Assembly (NCBI GenBank): GCA_025966525.1 | Contig: JAPDIG010000004.1 | Location: 1-49,482, forward strand | Source of the DNA: Candidatus Methanophagales archaeon | GTDB lineage: Archaea; Halobacteriota; Syntropharchaeia; Alkanophagales; Methanospirareceae | DNA: 49,482 nt | Reading direction: 5' to 3' | In this document: positions 1-9,392 of the stretch, piece after piece | Layout: each line of letters opens with the position of its first letter | Numbering within the stretch: position 1 is the first letter of the stretch | Position numbers and translations under genes: made by a program | The notes under the pieces: model-generated | What the model was told of the DNA's origin: nothing | Databases searched by the model: none | What the model saw: only the letters and a program-made list of their open reading frames with translations

Positions 1-123
1 TATTTTGACGTTATCATCCGCTCCATGTGCATTGCAAAATGATGATCTAAGGAATCACATGCTTGCAGTTTACAAGGGCATTGATTGCCACTGATGCCAT
101 TTCTGATTTAATCGTGCCATTGT

Positions 124-1542
124 TCACGACACAGTTTCCGGCGGCCAATTCTTCTCCATCCAGCCCGGAATCCTTCCACTGTCTCTTGGTCCCACAAGCA
201 CGGTCCATCCAGTAACATCCTCAGTCTCACCAGAAAGTCTCGCTGCAAGACCCGGAATCACCATCGTTTTATGCTTTACCTTATCCTCCACTTTAAACGA
301 TTCCAAGGCATCTTTAAAGCTCTCTGCATTGAGCTGCCCGCCTGCAACTGCTGATTCTACTCCTATCCCTTCACTATCCACCACCATCAAATAGGAATCA
401 ATCTTGTTAGAAGATATATCGCTCTCCACCGTGTAATAAGTCAAAGCGAAATTAGTAGTAACAAAAAGAGGTGATCTCTCTGTTGGATTTCCTATCTCCC
501 TCAATCCTGGCTCTACGCTTACCGGGCGTCTTGGGTCAGTATATATATTTGCGACCAGCGTCCGCACAGGTATCAACGAATGCGGCTCTATCGAGTGCAA
601 AATCATTATGTCCGCATATTTTATGATGAACAAGTCTGCGATAATCGCTTCCCAATAAGAAGCTGCCAATGCATTTTCAGCTTTACTTCCGTGAACCATC
701 CATGCAGTCATAGGCACAGCAATCAAAGGATATGCAATCCCTTTATTCCCATCTGCAATCCCAGCGCGTCTTATCCTCACGAACCGGGAAAAAGTCTGCT
801 CAAGCCCTCCCCCTTCTGGATACGTCCCCGGATCCAATACGATGTCTTCTATTCCCGCAGAGGAGAAAGTCACCGCAAGACTGTTCAGCATATCGAGGTC
901 TGGCGAAAACAATGTAACTGGAACTTTAAACCTCTTTGCAATCCCCAGAAACTCCTTCCAGTTCTCCTTATCTGCCGCGTATATCAGCGGTCTTCTATTT
1001 GAAACTTCTTTCAAACCTTCTTCTATTACCTTCGCATTGAATGAACAAAGCACGAGCGGAAAATCCGTCTCTTCTGCTACCCGCTTCACACACTGCGCAA
1101 ATGTTTTTGCCTCACCGGAGACTGAACGAATTGCAATCGCGTCTACCTTTAAAAATTCGCCAACATAAAATTTCTTCCATTCTGTTATCTTTCTTACCCG
1201 CTCTCTCAACTCCTCTTCCTTCATCGTATCCCATACGTCATAGACAAGTACTGTTCTGTTAAAGAAGGTACGCTCATGTCTGTGCATAACATCTTCGCCA
1301 CCCATTTTCCTCGCTCTCTCTCCTATCCCTATCTCTACCTCGCGTACTTCTGGTGCCAACAATTCCGCTAACTTCTTTCCTTTTTCTGCGTATTTAGGTT
1401 CAAAAAGTGGCGGGCATTCCTCCAATTTCTTCTTCCTCTCCATCAATAGCGAGGCAAAAGCTAAGCATGTTTTCTCACCACATTCTTTGCAATTTGTTCC
1501 TGGGAGATATTTCCATACCTCCATTGGGCTGTTTAGTTTCAT
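124..1542 (-). CDS. cdhE: Acetyl-CoA decarbonylase/synthase gamma subunit (corrinoid Fe-S protein large subunit)
   Basis: N-terminal LPGTNCKECGEKTCLAFA...CP [4Fe-4S] motif; IYTDPRRP and TTNFALTY signatures. Start placed at ATG 1542 (ATGA overlap with the cdhD stop). Confidence 0.96.
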   Translation of the reverse strand: MKLNSPMEVWKYLPGTNCKECGEKTCLAFASLLMERKKKLEECPPLFEPKYAEKGKKLAELLAPEVREVEIGIGERARKMGGEDVMHRHERTFFNRTVLVYDVWDTMKEEELRERVRKITEWKKFYVGEFLKVDAIAIRSVSGEAKTFAQCVKRVAEETDFPLVLCSFNAKVIEEGLKEVSNRRPLIYAADKENWKEFLGIAKRFKVPVTLFSPDLDMLNSLAVTFSSAGIEDIVLDPGTYPEGGGLEQTFSRFVRIRRAGIADGNKGIAYPLIAVPMTAWMVHGSKAENALAASYWEAIIADLFIIKYADIMILHSIEPHSLIPVRTLVANIYTDPRRPVSVEPGLREIGNPTERSPLFVTTNFALTYYTVESDISSNKIDSYLMVVDSEGIGVESAVAGGQLNAESFKDALESFKVEDKVKHKTMVIPGLAARLSGETEDVTGWTVLVGPRDSGRIPGWMEKNWPPETVS

Positions 1543-2795
1543 TTCCACGTCACCCAATCCTCTATCCTGACTTTTTTACCTTCATCCTCAGCCTCTTTCG
1601 CTCCAAACAGCATTTGCGTTACGCGCTTAACTGCACCCGCTGCCTTCGGATGCATCATCATGAACATATCACCACCTGCTATCCCTAACGTCAATCCAGT
1701 CATAATCTCATACAAAGGACCTCTATACACCGAAGGACCCCAATCGGAATCCTCTTTGATGGGCGAATCCTTCATCCACGCTTCCCGCGCACCCCACGCA
1801 TTGGTTATACCGCATGAGATAGGAAACGCCAAATCCGTATCCCCTTTTAGTGCCGAGATCCTCATCCTTTCTATATTTGTGAATGCATAATCCAGACCAT
1901 ACCCCAGCGCAGCCGTGGTAGGGTCTATCACTATATCCTCCCTCGGCACACCTAATTTGAATAAATACCGGTTCAACGTCTTTTGTGCGTTGATATCAAG
2001 CTGAGTCCACGAAAGAATAACATGCCCGTGTTCCAGTGCCGCTTTTGCTATTCGCTCATAGTCCATGTTCAAGTTTGCAGATGCAATCAAACATCTCTCG
2101 CCCTCTGCTACCTCCGCCGCAGCCTCCAGCACCTCCGGATCTTTATCCGGATTGCCAGACCCCCCGATGACAATAGGAACTTTTACAGCTTGCAGCACTT
2201 CCTCCACCGTCTTTGCCGCTTCTCGCGCTGGCGTATCTTTTATCGTTGGGTCCGTGCTTATCAGATGAATCGTGACCATGTCGGCACCGAATTCACGCAC
2301 GTTCTTCTTCGCCCATTCACCCGGGTCTTCCATCACATCCTCATAATGTTCTCTCACTGCCTTCGCCAGCGAAATAGGCATGTCAAAGCAATCCACTGAA
2401 ATCACCGGTGGATGTGGCGTTTGATGGTCAAAATTATAGAAAGGCAACGCCTTTTCACCCCCTATCGTTACCGTCGCTTCTCTCGTACCGCCATCAGCCG
2501 ATGTAGCGCCAATTGTAACTTCTTCTATCTGTCCATTCCATTCCGTTTTTGCAACTTCAAATTTCGTGGGTATTAACTCCAGCTCCTCTATCCCTTTCTC
2601 TTCGGAAACCACCGATATCCCTTCTTTTTGCACGCCCATCATAGACTGCAGTGCTTGAACTACCGAAGGAGGAATCGCCACACCCGTTGATAATTCCAGT
2701 TCTACATCGCCTTTTATCTTTACATCCTCCAACTCCACCACGTCGTATCGATCCAGTATCCTTGCAATGTCCTCTAAGGTTATTTTCTTCTCCAT
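1539..2795 (-). CDS. cdhD: ACDS delta subunit (corrinoid Fe-S protein small subunit)
   Basis: IGGEKALPFY, DPTTAALGYGLDY and NAWGAREAW motifs; lies between cdhC and cdhE. Confidence 0.96.
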   Translation of the reverse strand: MEKKITLEDIARILDRYDVVELEDVKIKGDVELELSTGVAIPPSVVQALQSMMGVQKEGISVVSEEKGIEELELIPTKFEVAKTEWNGQIEEVTIGATSADGGTREATVTIGGEKALPFYNFDHQTPHPPVISVDCFDMPISLAKAVREHYEDVMEDPGEWAKKNVREFGADMVTIHLISTDPTIKDTPAREAAKTVEEVLQAVKVPIVIGGSGNPDKDPEVLEAAAEVAEGERCLIASANLNMDYERIAKAALEHGHVILSWTQLDINAQKTLNRYLFKLGVPREDIVIDPTTAALGYGLDYAFTNIERMRISALKGDTDLAFPISCGITNAWGAREAWMKDSPIKEDSDWGPSVYRGPLYEIMTGLTLGIAGGDMFMMMHPKAAGAVKRVTQMLFGAKEAEDEGKKVRIEDWVTWK

Positions 2796-2805
2796 CTCTC
2801 CTCCT

Positions 2806-4257
2806 CTACTTCCCTTCTTTTCGCTTCACTATTATCTTCCCGATACTGATGTCTGCATCCTTCAATATTATCCTTACGGGCGTATTAGCACCAGATGCCA
2901 CTAATGGTACAGATGCAAGAGGAACTTGAGCTTCTGATGGAACTTCCTCTTCCACCTCTGCGGGAGCAGCTACTGCTTCTGCCTCCACTGCCCATCCTTC
3001 AGTTATCCGTTCTCCGTCAACTTCCCGGATAACCCCTTTCACAACTGGATGGTCCACGCGCTGCAAGAATTCTCTGAGCTCCTCTATGGTCTTCACTTCC
3101 TTCTCTGTCGCTATCTTATCCTTCATCTCCGCAGGAATAGCCTCTGCCACTCGAGCTTTTAAATCCGATGCCATCCACACTACACGACGCCAGCCACCGT
3201 CATACTGTATAAATTTAGGACTGTAGAAATATTGTACTCCTATTCCAAGGAACCCTTTTACTTGCTTCCCTCCTCCTACTGAGCCTGCGATGGTTGAAAA
3301 GGGCAAACCAATAGGGGTATCGGTAACTTTCGAGCCGCGATGCACCCAACCTATTCCTTCGACCTCCGGTATATAAAATCCCGCTACTTCAAAACAGCCA
3401 CAGCTCGTATGCGGCTTCTCAAGAAATGAATGTAATTTTATGGAATCGTATTCACCACTCGAGAGTCTTACTGCAGCTTCATTTACACCCGTATATTCTC
3501 CCCCTATGGGGTCTATACAATCCCCTTTTGGAATAGGGGCATTGGGTCCTTCAGGGTCAATCCTTGCTGCCGCCCTCGAATCAAACCAGCTCATCGCACC
3601 ACAAAGCGCTATCCTATCTGGTGAAACCACGCAAACATTGGTGGGAGCGAAGGACTGACAAAGCGTGCATTGATAGAATTCATCCACATCTTCATCGTGC
3701 AGTCCTCTCGTTTTCACATCCCTCGCTTCGTATATCCTGTTCGCCTCTTCTAACCCCTTTTTTACCTCCTCTTCGTCTGTAATAAACGTGGCATCCATTT
3801 TTTCGATGAACGGTAGTTCCGCCTTGAAAAGCATTATCGTTGCCTTTCCTATCTGCTTCAGCGATTTTAGTCCTTTCTTCACTGCTTCCTTGCTTATCCT
3901 CACCCATATCTCCGCCCTCTGGTTGAGATGCATATACCCCTGAATATAAGACTGGTATTCGTGATTCCTTCGCTCTATAACCGCCTCAAGGTCTTTTTCT
4001 ATCTGTTCCCCATATACCCTGTATATCATTGCATACGCATAGTTACCGCCCTCTTCCATATCTTCCAGGTCTGGTCCTATTAGATCAACCTCACCGTCTT
4101 TTATCTGCTCTGGGTCAGGCTCAAAGAGAACAAGCTCGTACCCAGGCTTACCTTGCCCCCCTAACTCCACATACATCCCTGCTTTTCTTACCCTTTCGCC
4201 CTCATACATAGGATTTATATCGAAAGGGAACTTCTCCTCTTCTTCTGTCTCTGCCAT
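2806..4257 (-). CDS. cdhC: ACDS beta subunit (acetyl-CoA synthase, A-cluster)
   Basis: CTLCQSFAPTNVCVVSPDR..LCG and HTSCGCFE A-cluster ligands; YMHLNQR motif. Confidence 0.96.
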   Translation of the reverse strand: MAETEEEEKFPFDINPMYEGERVRKAGMYVELGGQGKPGYELVLFEPDPEQIKDGEVDLIGPDLEDMEEGGNYAYAMIYRVYGEQIEKDLEAVIERRNHEYQSYIQGYMHLNQRAEIWVRISKEAVKKGLKSLKQIGKATIMLFKAELPFIEKMDATFITDEEEVKKGLEEANRIYEARDVKTRGLHDEDVDEFYQCTLCQSFAPTNVCVVSPDRIALCGAMSWFDSRAAARIDPEGPNAPIPKGDCIDPIGGEYTGVNEAAVRLSSGEYDSIKLHSFLEKPHTSCGCFEVAGFYIPEVEGIGWVHRGSKVTDTPIGLPFSTIAGSVGGGKQVKGFLGIGVQYFYSPKFIQYDGGWRRVVWMASDLKARVAEAIPAEMKDKIATEKEVKTIEELREFLQRVDHPVVKGVIREVDGERITEGWAVEAEAVAAPAEVEEEVPSEAQVPLASVPLVASGANTPVRIILKDADISIGKIIVKRKEGK

Positions 4258-4304
4258 TTTTCCTTATACCCATCTCTGATACTTCATAAAGATTAGAGAG
4301 TGGT

Positions 4305-4320
4305 CTTTAAAATGATTTTC
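4305..4320 (-). promoter_or_regulatory. Candidate BRE/TATA promoter of cdhCDE
   Basis: Minus strand reads GAAAA-TCAT-TTTAAAG about 50 nt upstream of the cdhC ATG. Confidence 0.4.
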
Positions 4321-4373
4321 TAAAAAGTTCTAAAAGAGCCCGGGAAAATGTGCAATTGTCAATATTTAGTGGT

Positions 4374-5282
4374 TCAATATTTTAACAATTTTAACAATAG
4401 CGCCTTTTGCGCATGAAGCCGGTTCTCTGCTTGCTCAAATATCACAGAGTTAGCGCTGTTCATCACCTCCTCCGTTATTTCTTCCCCTATATGCACCGGC
4501 ATGCAGTGCATTATTATGGCATCTTCCTTCGCCTCATGCACCAAATTCTCGCTTAGCTGATACTTTTTTAAATCCATCTTTCTTTTTTCACTCTCTCCTT
4601 CTTCTCCCATTGATACCCACACATCAGTGTATAAGACATCGGCATCAACGGCGATTTCTTCTGCATTATTCCCTATTACCACTTCACAACCCATTTCCTT
4701 CGCTTTTTCTACTACCCCCTTAGCCGGCTCATATCCTTTTGGGCACGCAACGTGGATATTCATGCCTGTCATCGCAGCGCCACCAATCAACGAGTTGCAC
4801 ACATTATTTCCATCTCCGACCCACACTACTTTTACACCTGCTAATTTATTCTTATGCTCCTCAATCGTCATTAAGTCTGCTAACGTCTGGCAGGGGTGTT
4901 CCAGATCACTCAATCCGTTTATTACTGGCGTGGAAGCATACTTCGCAAACTCCTCTATCGTGCTATGTGAGTATGCTCTTATCATAACTGCGTCAACGTA
5001 GGCGGAAAAGACCTTCGCTGTTTCGCTTATTCTTTCCCCTCTTCCCAACTGTAACTCGTTCCAATTTAGACTTATCACATCCCCCCCCAATTCACGCATC
5101 GCAACTTCAAAGGAAACACGAGTGCGAGTAGAAGGCTTTTCGAAAATCTGTGCTAATGTCTTACCTTCCAGGTCTCTTCTCACTCTCTTGCTTTCCCTTC
5201 GCTCCTTTTTCAGTTCTTTCGCCTTTTCTATTATCGCTTCTATTTCCGCAAGTGAGAGGTCAAATATCGAAATGAGATTCAT
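4374..5282 (-). CDS. argF: Ornithine carbamoyltransferase
   Basis: KPSTRTRVSF, HPCQTLAD, YTDVWVSMG, HCMP and QAENRLH motifs. Start at 5282 gives an ATGA overlap with the upstream stop. Confidence 0.96.
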   Translation of the reverse strand: MNLISIFDLSLAEIEAIIEKAKELKKERRESKRVRRDLEGKTLAQIFEKPSTRTRVSFEVAMRELGGDVISLNWNELQLGRGERISETAKVFSAYVDAVMIRAYSHSTIEEFAKYASTPVINGLSDLEHPCQTLADLMTIEEHKNKLAGVKVVWVGDGNNVCNSLIGGAAMTGMNIHVACPKGYEPAKGVVEKAKEMGCEVVIGNNAEEIAVDADVLYTDVWVSMGEEGESEKRKMDLKKYQLSENLVHEAKEDAIIMHCMPVHIGEEITEEVMNSANSVIFEQAENRLHAQKALLLKLLKY

Positions 5283-6373
5283 GATAAACATGTCCAGTAA
5301 TCCTTTAATTCCTCTTTAACCTTCCTTATTACCTCTTCAGTATCCTTTGACGCCCAATCCCTTTCGTCGATTGGTTCACGCTCTTCTATGGCTATCTCCA
5401 AGCCTGCCAGACCTGAGATTAAGGCAAGCCATGCATAGGGCAAAATGTCTTCATTGTAACCAGAAGCGATTAAATCTATCTCCTTCCCCTGACAAATTTC
5501 CGCAATCGCGCTCGTGCGCTTTCCAATCATTCTGAATCCACTTATCGGCAGTCCCAACTGCGTTAACTGATCATTTAGATACGGGTCAGAGCCACCATAT
5601 CTGACAACCAGCTCAGGCTCGAATTCGCCTGCCACAGGTTCGATTATCTCCTCAAACACCGACTCGTAGGAGTCATAGCCGGCGCCAATTGGCATTGGAA
5701 CGTTTATTGTATATCCTTTTCCCGCTCCTTCTCCGATTTGATATACAAATCCCGTGCCGGGGTATAGCGTTCTGGGGTCTTGATGCAAATCAATGAACAG
5801 CACGCCAGGGTCGTGGTAAAAGTATTCAGAAGTTCCGTTTCCTGCATGGGCATCGGTATCTAAAATCAATATTCTTTTTAAACCGTATTTATGCTTCAAA
5901 TATTTCGCTGCAAATGCCACGTCATTATAAATACAAAAACCTTCGCCAAAACCGGATTTTGCATGGTGCATCCCACCGCCTAATGAAACAGCCTTCTCAA
6001 ATTCCCCACTTTCAACTATATCAACTGCACGCTTCGCCTGACCCACGATCAACCTCGCAGCTTCTTCCAGTTTCCCTGGTCTTCCAACAGGTCTATTGTC
6101 CGCACTGTGAAACAGATAAAATCTTTCATCGTAATCAGAACTCAAATTCGCTGCCCGATAAAACTCCCTTGTGAAGTCAATATATTCTCGGTTGCAGATT
6201 AAAAGCAGGTCTGCATCCTCCGCAGGCTCTGCACTGATGATGCGGTAATTCTCATCGCTCAAATTATCCTTTAAGAAACGGTAAAAGTTCGTATATCTCG
6301 CTCCACTGAATGGATGCCCTGCACCAAAGTCATATTCCTTCAATTCCTCCCTGTACAAAATTGCTAATTGCAT
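5279..6373 (-). CDS. Zn-dependent histone deacetylase family protein (AcuC-like deacylase)
   Basis: YDFGAGHPF, GGGMHHA, GFCIYND, DTDAHAGNG and LYPGTG motifs. Confidence 0.92.
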   Translation of the reverse strand: MQLAILYREELKEYDFGAGHPFSGARYTNFYRFLKDNLSDENYRIISAEPAEDADLLLICNREYIDFTREFYRAANLSSDYDERFYLFHSADNRPVGRPGKLEEAARLIVGQAKRAVDIVESGEFEKAVSLGGGMHHAKSGFGEGFCIYNDVAFAAKYLKHKYGLKRILILDTDAHAGNGTSEYFYHDPGVLFIDLHQDPRTLYPGTGFVYQIGEGAGKGYTINVPMPIGAGYDSYESVFEEIIEPVAGEFEPELVVRYGGSDPYLNDQLTQLGLPISGFRMIGKRTSAIAEICQGKEIDLIASGYNEDILPYAWLALISGLAGLEIAIEEREPIDERDWASKDTEEVIRKVKEELKDYWTCLS

Positions 6374-6415
6374 GGTTTTATAAAATAAGGTTTATTCACC
6401 CCTTCTATATCTTTT

Positions 6416-6490
6416 TTAATTTTTGAACTCGAATGCTTTCAGACCTTCTCTCGCATCCTTTGTCGCTTTCTCGAAAATTGGCTCCTTCAC
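6416..6490 (-). pseudogene. Remnant second copy of an enoyl-CoA hydratase C-terminus
   Basis: Reads (V)KEPIFEKATKDAREGLKAFEFKN*, paralleling TEDAREGLKGFLERRK* of the adjacent gene. Degenerate direct repeat at about 6437-6462 vs 6511-6537. Confidence 0.55.
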
Positions 6491-7263
6491 TTCCGCCGCT
6501 CCAAAAAACCTTTTAGCCCTTCTCTTGCATCCTCAGTTCCAAGTGCCTGCCCGAAGCATTCCGCTTCATACTGCAATGCATGCTCCATGTCCATCTCTAT
6601 ACCCTTATTCACTACATCTTTTATTATTCCAAGCGTAACAGCACTTTTTGAAAACAGCTTTTTGATAAGTTCATCCACCTCGTGATCAAGTTTATCCACA
6701 GGAACTACTTTATTCACAAGCGCTACGCGAAAAGCTTCTTCTGCATCTATCTGCTCTCCGCACATCAGCATCTCCATCGCTTTTGTCTTCCCTACCAACC
6801 TCGTTAACCTTTGAGTGCCACCGCCACCCGGAATAATTGCCAGGTTTATCTCTGGCAGACCAAATATCGCTTTTTCGGATGCAATCCTGAAATCGCACGC
6901 CATCACAAGCTCCAAACCACCACCCAAACAGAAGCCATTTATCTTTGCTATTATCGGCTTCTTCATCTTTTCCATGTAGGTGGTTATCCCCTGAACCCAT
7001 CTCGACCACTCACTTGCTTCCGTTGAACTTTTCTCAAGTAACTCTCCTATGTCCGCACCTGCACAGAAAGCTCTTTCTCCCGCTCCTGTTATTACGATTG
7101 CATGCACCCCGGCATTAGCTTCTGAATCTACCAGCGCAGCTCGTAATTCGGTTAATAAAGCCGTGTTCAACGCGTTCAGCGATTTCGGTCGGTTGAGTGT
7201 TATCGTTGCGGCTTTTTCTTTCTTCTCATACAGGATGTTTTCGTATTTCGTTTCGTCGGACAT
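6487..7263 (-). CDS. Enoyl-CoA hydratase (crotonase)
   Basis: AFCAGADI, GGGLELVMACD and LPEINL (both catalytic Glu present), PGGGGTQRL. Confidence 0.94.
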   Translation of the reverse strand: MSDETKYENILYEKKEKAATITLNRPKSLNALNTALLTELRAALVDSEANAGVHAIVITGAGERAFCAGADIGELLEKSSTEASEWSRWVQGITTYMEKMKKPIIAKINGFCLGGGLELVMACDFRIASEKAIFGLPEINLAIIPGGGGTQRLTRLVGKTKAMEMLMCGEQIDAEEAFRVALVNKVVPVDKLDHEVDELIKKLFSKSAVTLGIIKDVVNKGIEMDMEHALQYEAECFGQALGTEDAREGLKGFLERRK

Positions 7264-7371
7264 TTTTTAATCTATCTTTTTCAGCATCACGAATTTCTCT
7301 TCAATTTTTCTGTTAACTTCTCTGCATCTCTTGAGATTTTGGATTTTTCAGCACGGAATGACCATAATTGC

Positions 7372-8232
7372 CTACGTATATTCGTAGAACCCCTTCCCTG
7401 CCTTTCTCCCGGTCCATCCAGCCCGCACCATCTGCGTCATAAGAACGGCAGGTTTGAATCTTTCCCATCCGGTCTCATTGTATATCGTATTGAGCACCGC
7501 TACCACAATGTCTATTCCTATCAAATCCAGAAGTTGAAAAGGACCCAGAGGCCAGTTGAAAGAAAGCCTTAATATCTTATCTATATCCTCTACGGACGCC
7601 AGCTCATTTTCTCGCATCTTTACCGCCTCATTCAAGATGAGACACATCATCCGACTTGTAACGAACCCTGGAGAATCCTTAACTGTAACCGTCTCCTTAC
7701 CCAGCGAATGCACAAACTCCAGCGTTTTACTTAATGTATCTTCAGAGGTCATCAGCGATTTTATTACCTCCACACCCTTCATTAGAGGCACGGGATTCAT
7801 GAAATGGACTCCAATTACCTTATCAGGTCTTTTTGTTACCGCGGCTAAAGAAGTAATAGGAAATGTAGAGGTATTACTCCCGAGAATAGCATGCTCAGGA
7901 CATATCTTATCCAATTCTCTGAATATTTCCTGCTTCAGCTCCATATCCTCATACACCGCTTCAATCACAAAATCCGCTCCTTTCGCACCATCTCCCAAGC
8001 TCGCTGTTGCATTTGCGGTTATCGCATCCACCATCACATCCACCTCATCTTGTTTTAGCTGCCCTTTCTTCGTAAGTCGCAAGAGGTCGCTTTTTATCTT
8101 TTCAAGCCCCTTTTTCAAAGATTCTTCACTCCTGCTTACAACCGACACATCGTAACCCGCTTGAGCACAGACTTGCACTATCCCGCTCCCCATCACACCC
8201 ATTCCTATAACACATACTTTCTTTCCGTTCAT
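7372..8232 (-). CDS. 3-hydroxyacyl-CoA (3-hydroxybutyryl-CoA) dehydrogenase
   Basis: GMGVMGSG Rossmann motif, SNTS, GVHFMNP, GRKAGKGFYEY. Confidence 0.94.
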   Translation of the reverse strand: MNGKKVCVIGMGVMGSGIVQVCAQAGYDVSVVSRSEESLKKGLEKIKSDLLRLTKKGQLKQDEVDVMVDAITANATASLGDGAKGADFVIEAVYEDMELKQEIFRELDKICPEHAILGSNTSTFPITSLAAVTKRPDKVIGVHFMNPVPLMKGVEVIKSLMTSEDTLSKTLEFVHSLGKETVTVKDSPGFVTSRMMCLILNEAVKMRENELASVEDIDKILRLSFNWPLGPFQLLDLIGIDIVVAVLNTIYNETGWERFKPAVLMTQMVRAGWTGRKAGKGFYEYT

Positions 8233-8288
8233 GTTTTTTTTTCTTTTCTCCTTTTATACAATTTTACTTTTTATTATTATTAAGGTGC

Positions 8289-8831
8289 ATGATAGAGAAG
8301 TGGAGGGGTAAAAGAGGAGAAGAGAAGAAAGAAGAAGGTGAAAACACGGCAGATTTAATCTACCATAAAAAAGTAATAGAACCGCCGTTCCTCATCCGCA
8401 AGTTCGGAGTCAGTGAGGAGGAGTACGACCAGCTCACCGACGAGGACACCAAAGCGGACCTCTTTGACGGCACGCTTATTATCCATTCGTCAGCTTCCAT
8501 CCGGCATGAGAGTATCTTTATGTTTATGGCATTTTTAATGCACGGATACGTAGAACATCTTTCCGGGTGGACACGAGATTACGAACTGCGTGAGAAAAGG
8601 CAGGTGTATCATGAGGCGGGGATAGACGAAATCTGGTTCATTGATGCAGAAGAACAGGTAATCACGGCAGACCGAAGACGAAGTGAAGAGAAGAGATACG
8701 CCATAACCACTACAACTTCGGGTAGACTCGAGAGCGATGCGATGCAAGGCTTCTTTGTGCAGGCGGAGTGGCTCTGGCAAGAGATTCTACCTGACCCTTT
8801 CTTGTGTTTGCAAGAGATTTTAATTAAATAG
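8289..8831 (+). pseudogene. Uma2/DUF820 family endonuclease with in-frame internal deletion
   Basis: DLFDGTLI..S..HE N-terminal half and TRDYELREKRQVY..AGIDEIWFID C-terminal half are joined at GYVE|HLS. The usual central EPD...PDLVVEI segment is absent. Confidence 0.65.
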
Positions 8832-8846
8832 CCGCGATATCTTCTC

Positions 8847-9284
8847 TTACTTCACAACTTCAAATACCGGGCATGTGTGTGCCCCACCAGAGTACTTGTC
8901 GCCTTTATAGGTGTATGAACCATTCATTCTCACTCGCTTACCAATCAGTTCTTGCGTAGCTTGCTCAGCATCGTAATCAAGCCTCCCTGCAACACAAGGT
9001 CCCTCTTTCGTTTTCACCAAGCAGGGGATATAAGGTGCATCATCCTCAAATCCCTCTGGTGGCACACGGATTACCGTAAACGTCGCCAACTCGCCTTCCC
9101 CACTCAATTCCATTCTCTCAAGGCTCCTTCCTCCGCACCACTGGCAAACAGGCATTGGATGACAGGTTATCCCACCACAAGATGCACATCTCAGCCCTAA
9201 CAATTTCCCATTTCTCAAGCCTTCTTCATATTCTGCGAAGGTTAAAACCGTGTATTCCTTCTCTATTTCTTCTTGCTCCTTCAT
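8847..9284 (-). CDS. DUF35 Zn-ribbon/OB-fold protein (thiolase partner)
   Basis: CASCG...PVCQWC zinc ribbon followed by an OB fold (FTVIRVPPEGF); directly downstream of the thiolase. Confidence 0.92.
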   Translation of the reverse strand: MKEQEEIEKEYTVLTFAEYEEGLRNGKLLGLRCASCGGITCHPMPVCQWCGGRSLERMELSGEGELATFTVIRVPPEGFEDDAPYIPCLVKTKEGPCVAGRLDYDAEQATQELIGKRVRMNGSYTYKGDKYSGGAHTCPVFEVVK

Positions 9285-9392
9285 TTTTTCGTTAAATACC
9301 TCTTTTGTTCTTCAAGAAGTGTATTTAGTTTCCATCTTTAACCCTCCATTGCTTTAATTACGATTAATTTCTTAAATCTTTTTCTGGACTGC

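Noticed and set aside
39-106. Box C (ATGATGA at 39-45) with CTGA at 91-94 and 103-106, suggesting a C/D sRNA
   Set aside because: No convincing D'/C' boxes, weak terminal stem, no recognisable rRNA or tRNA complement, and the window edge hides the context.
7270-7370. Minus-strand DAEKLTEKLKRNS resembling a crotonase helix
   Set aside because: Too short and low in complexity to support.
9329-9365. GGAGG followed by ATG GAA ACT AAA TAC (METKY), similar to the crotonase start
   Set aside because: Only seven codons; could be a deleted-gene stub but cannot be distinguished from chance.
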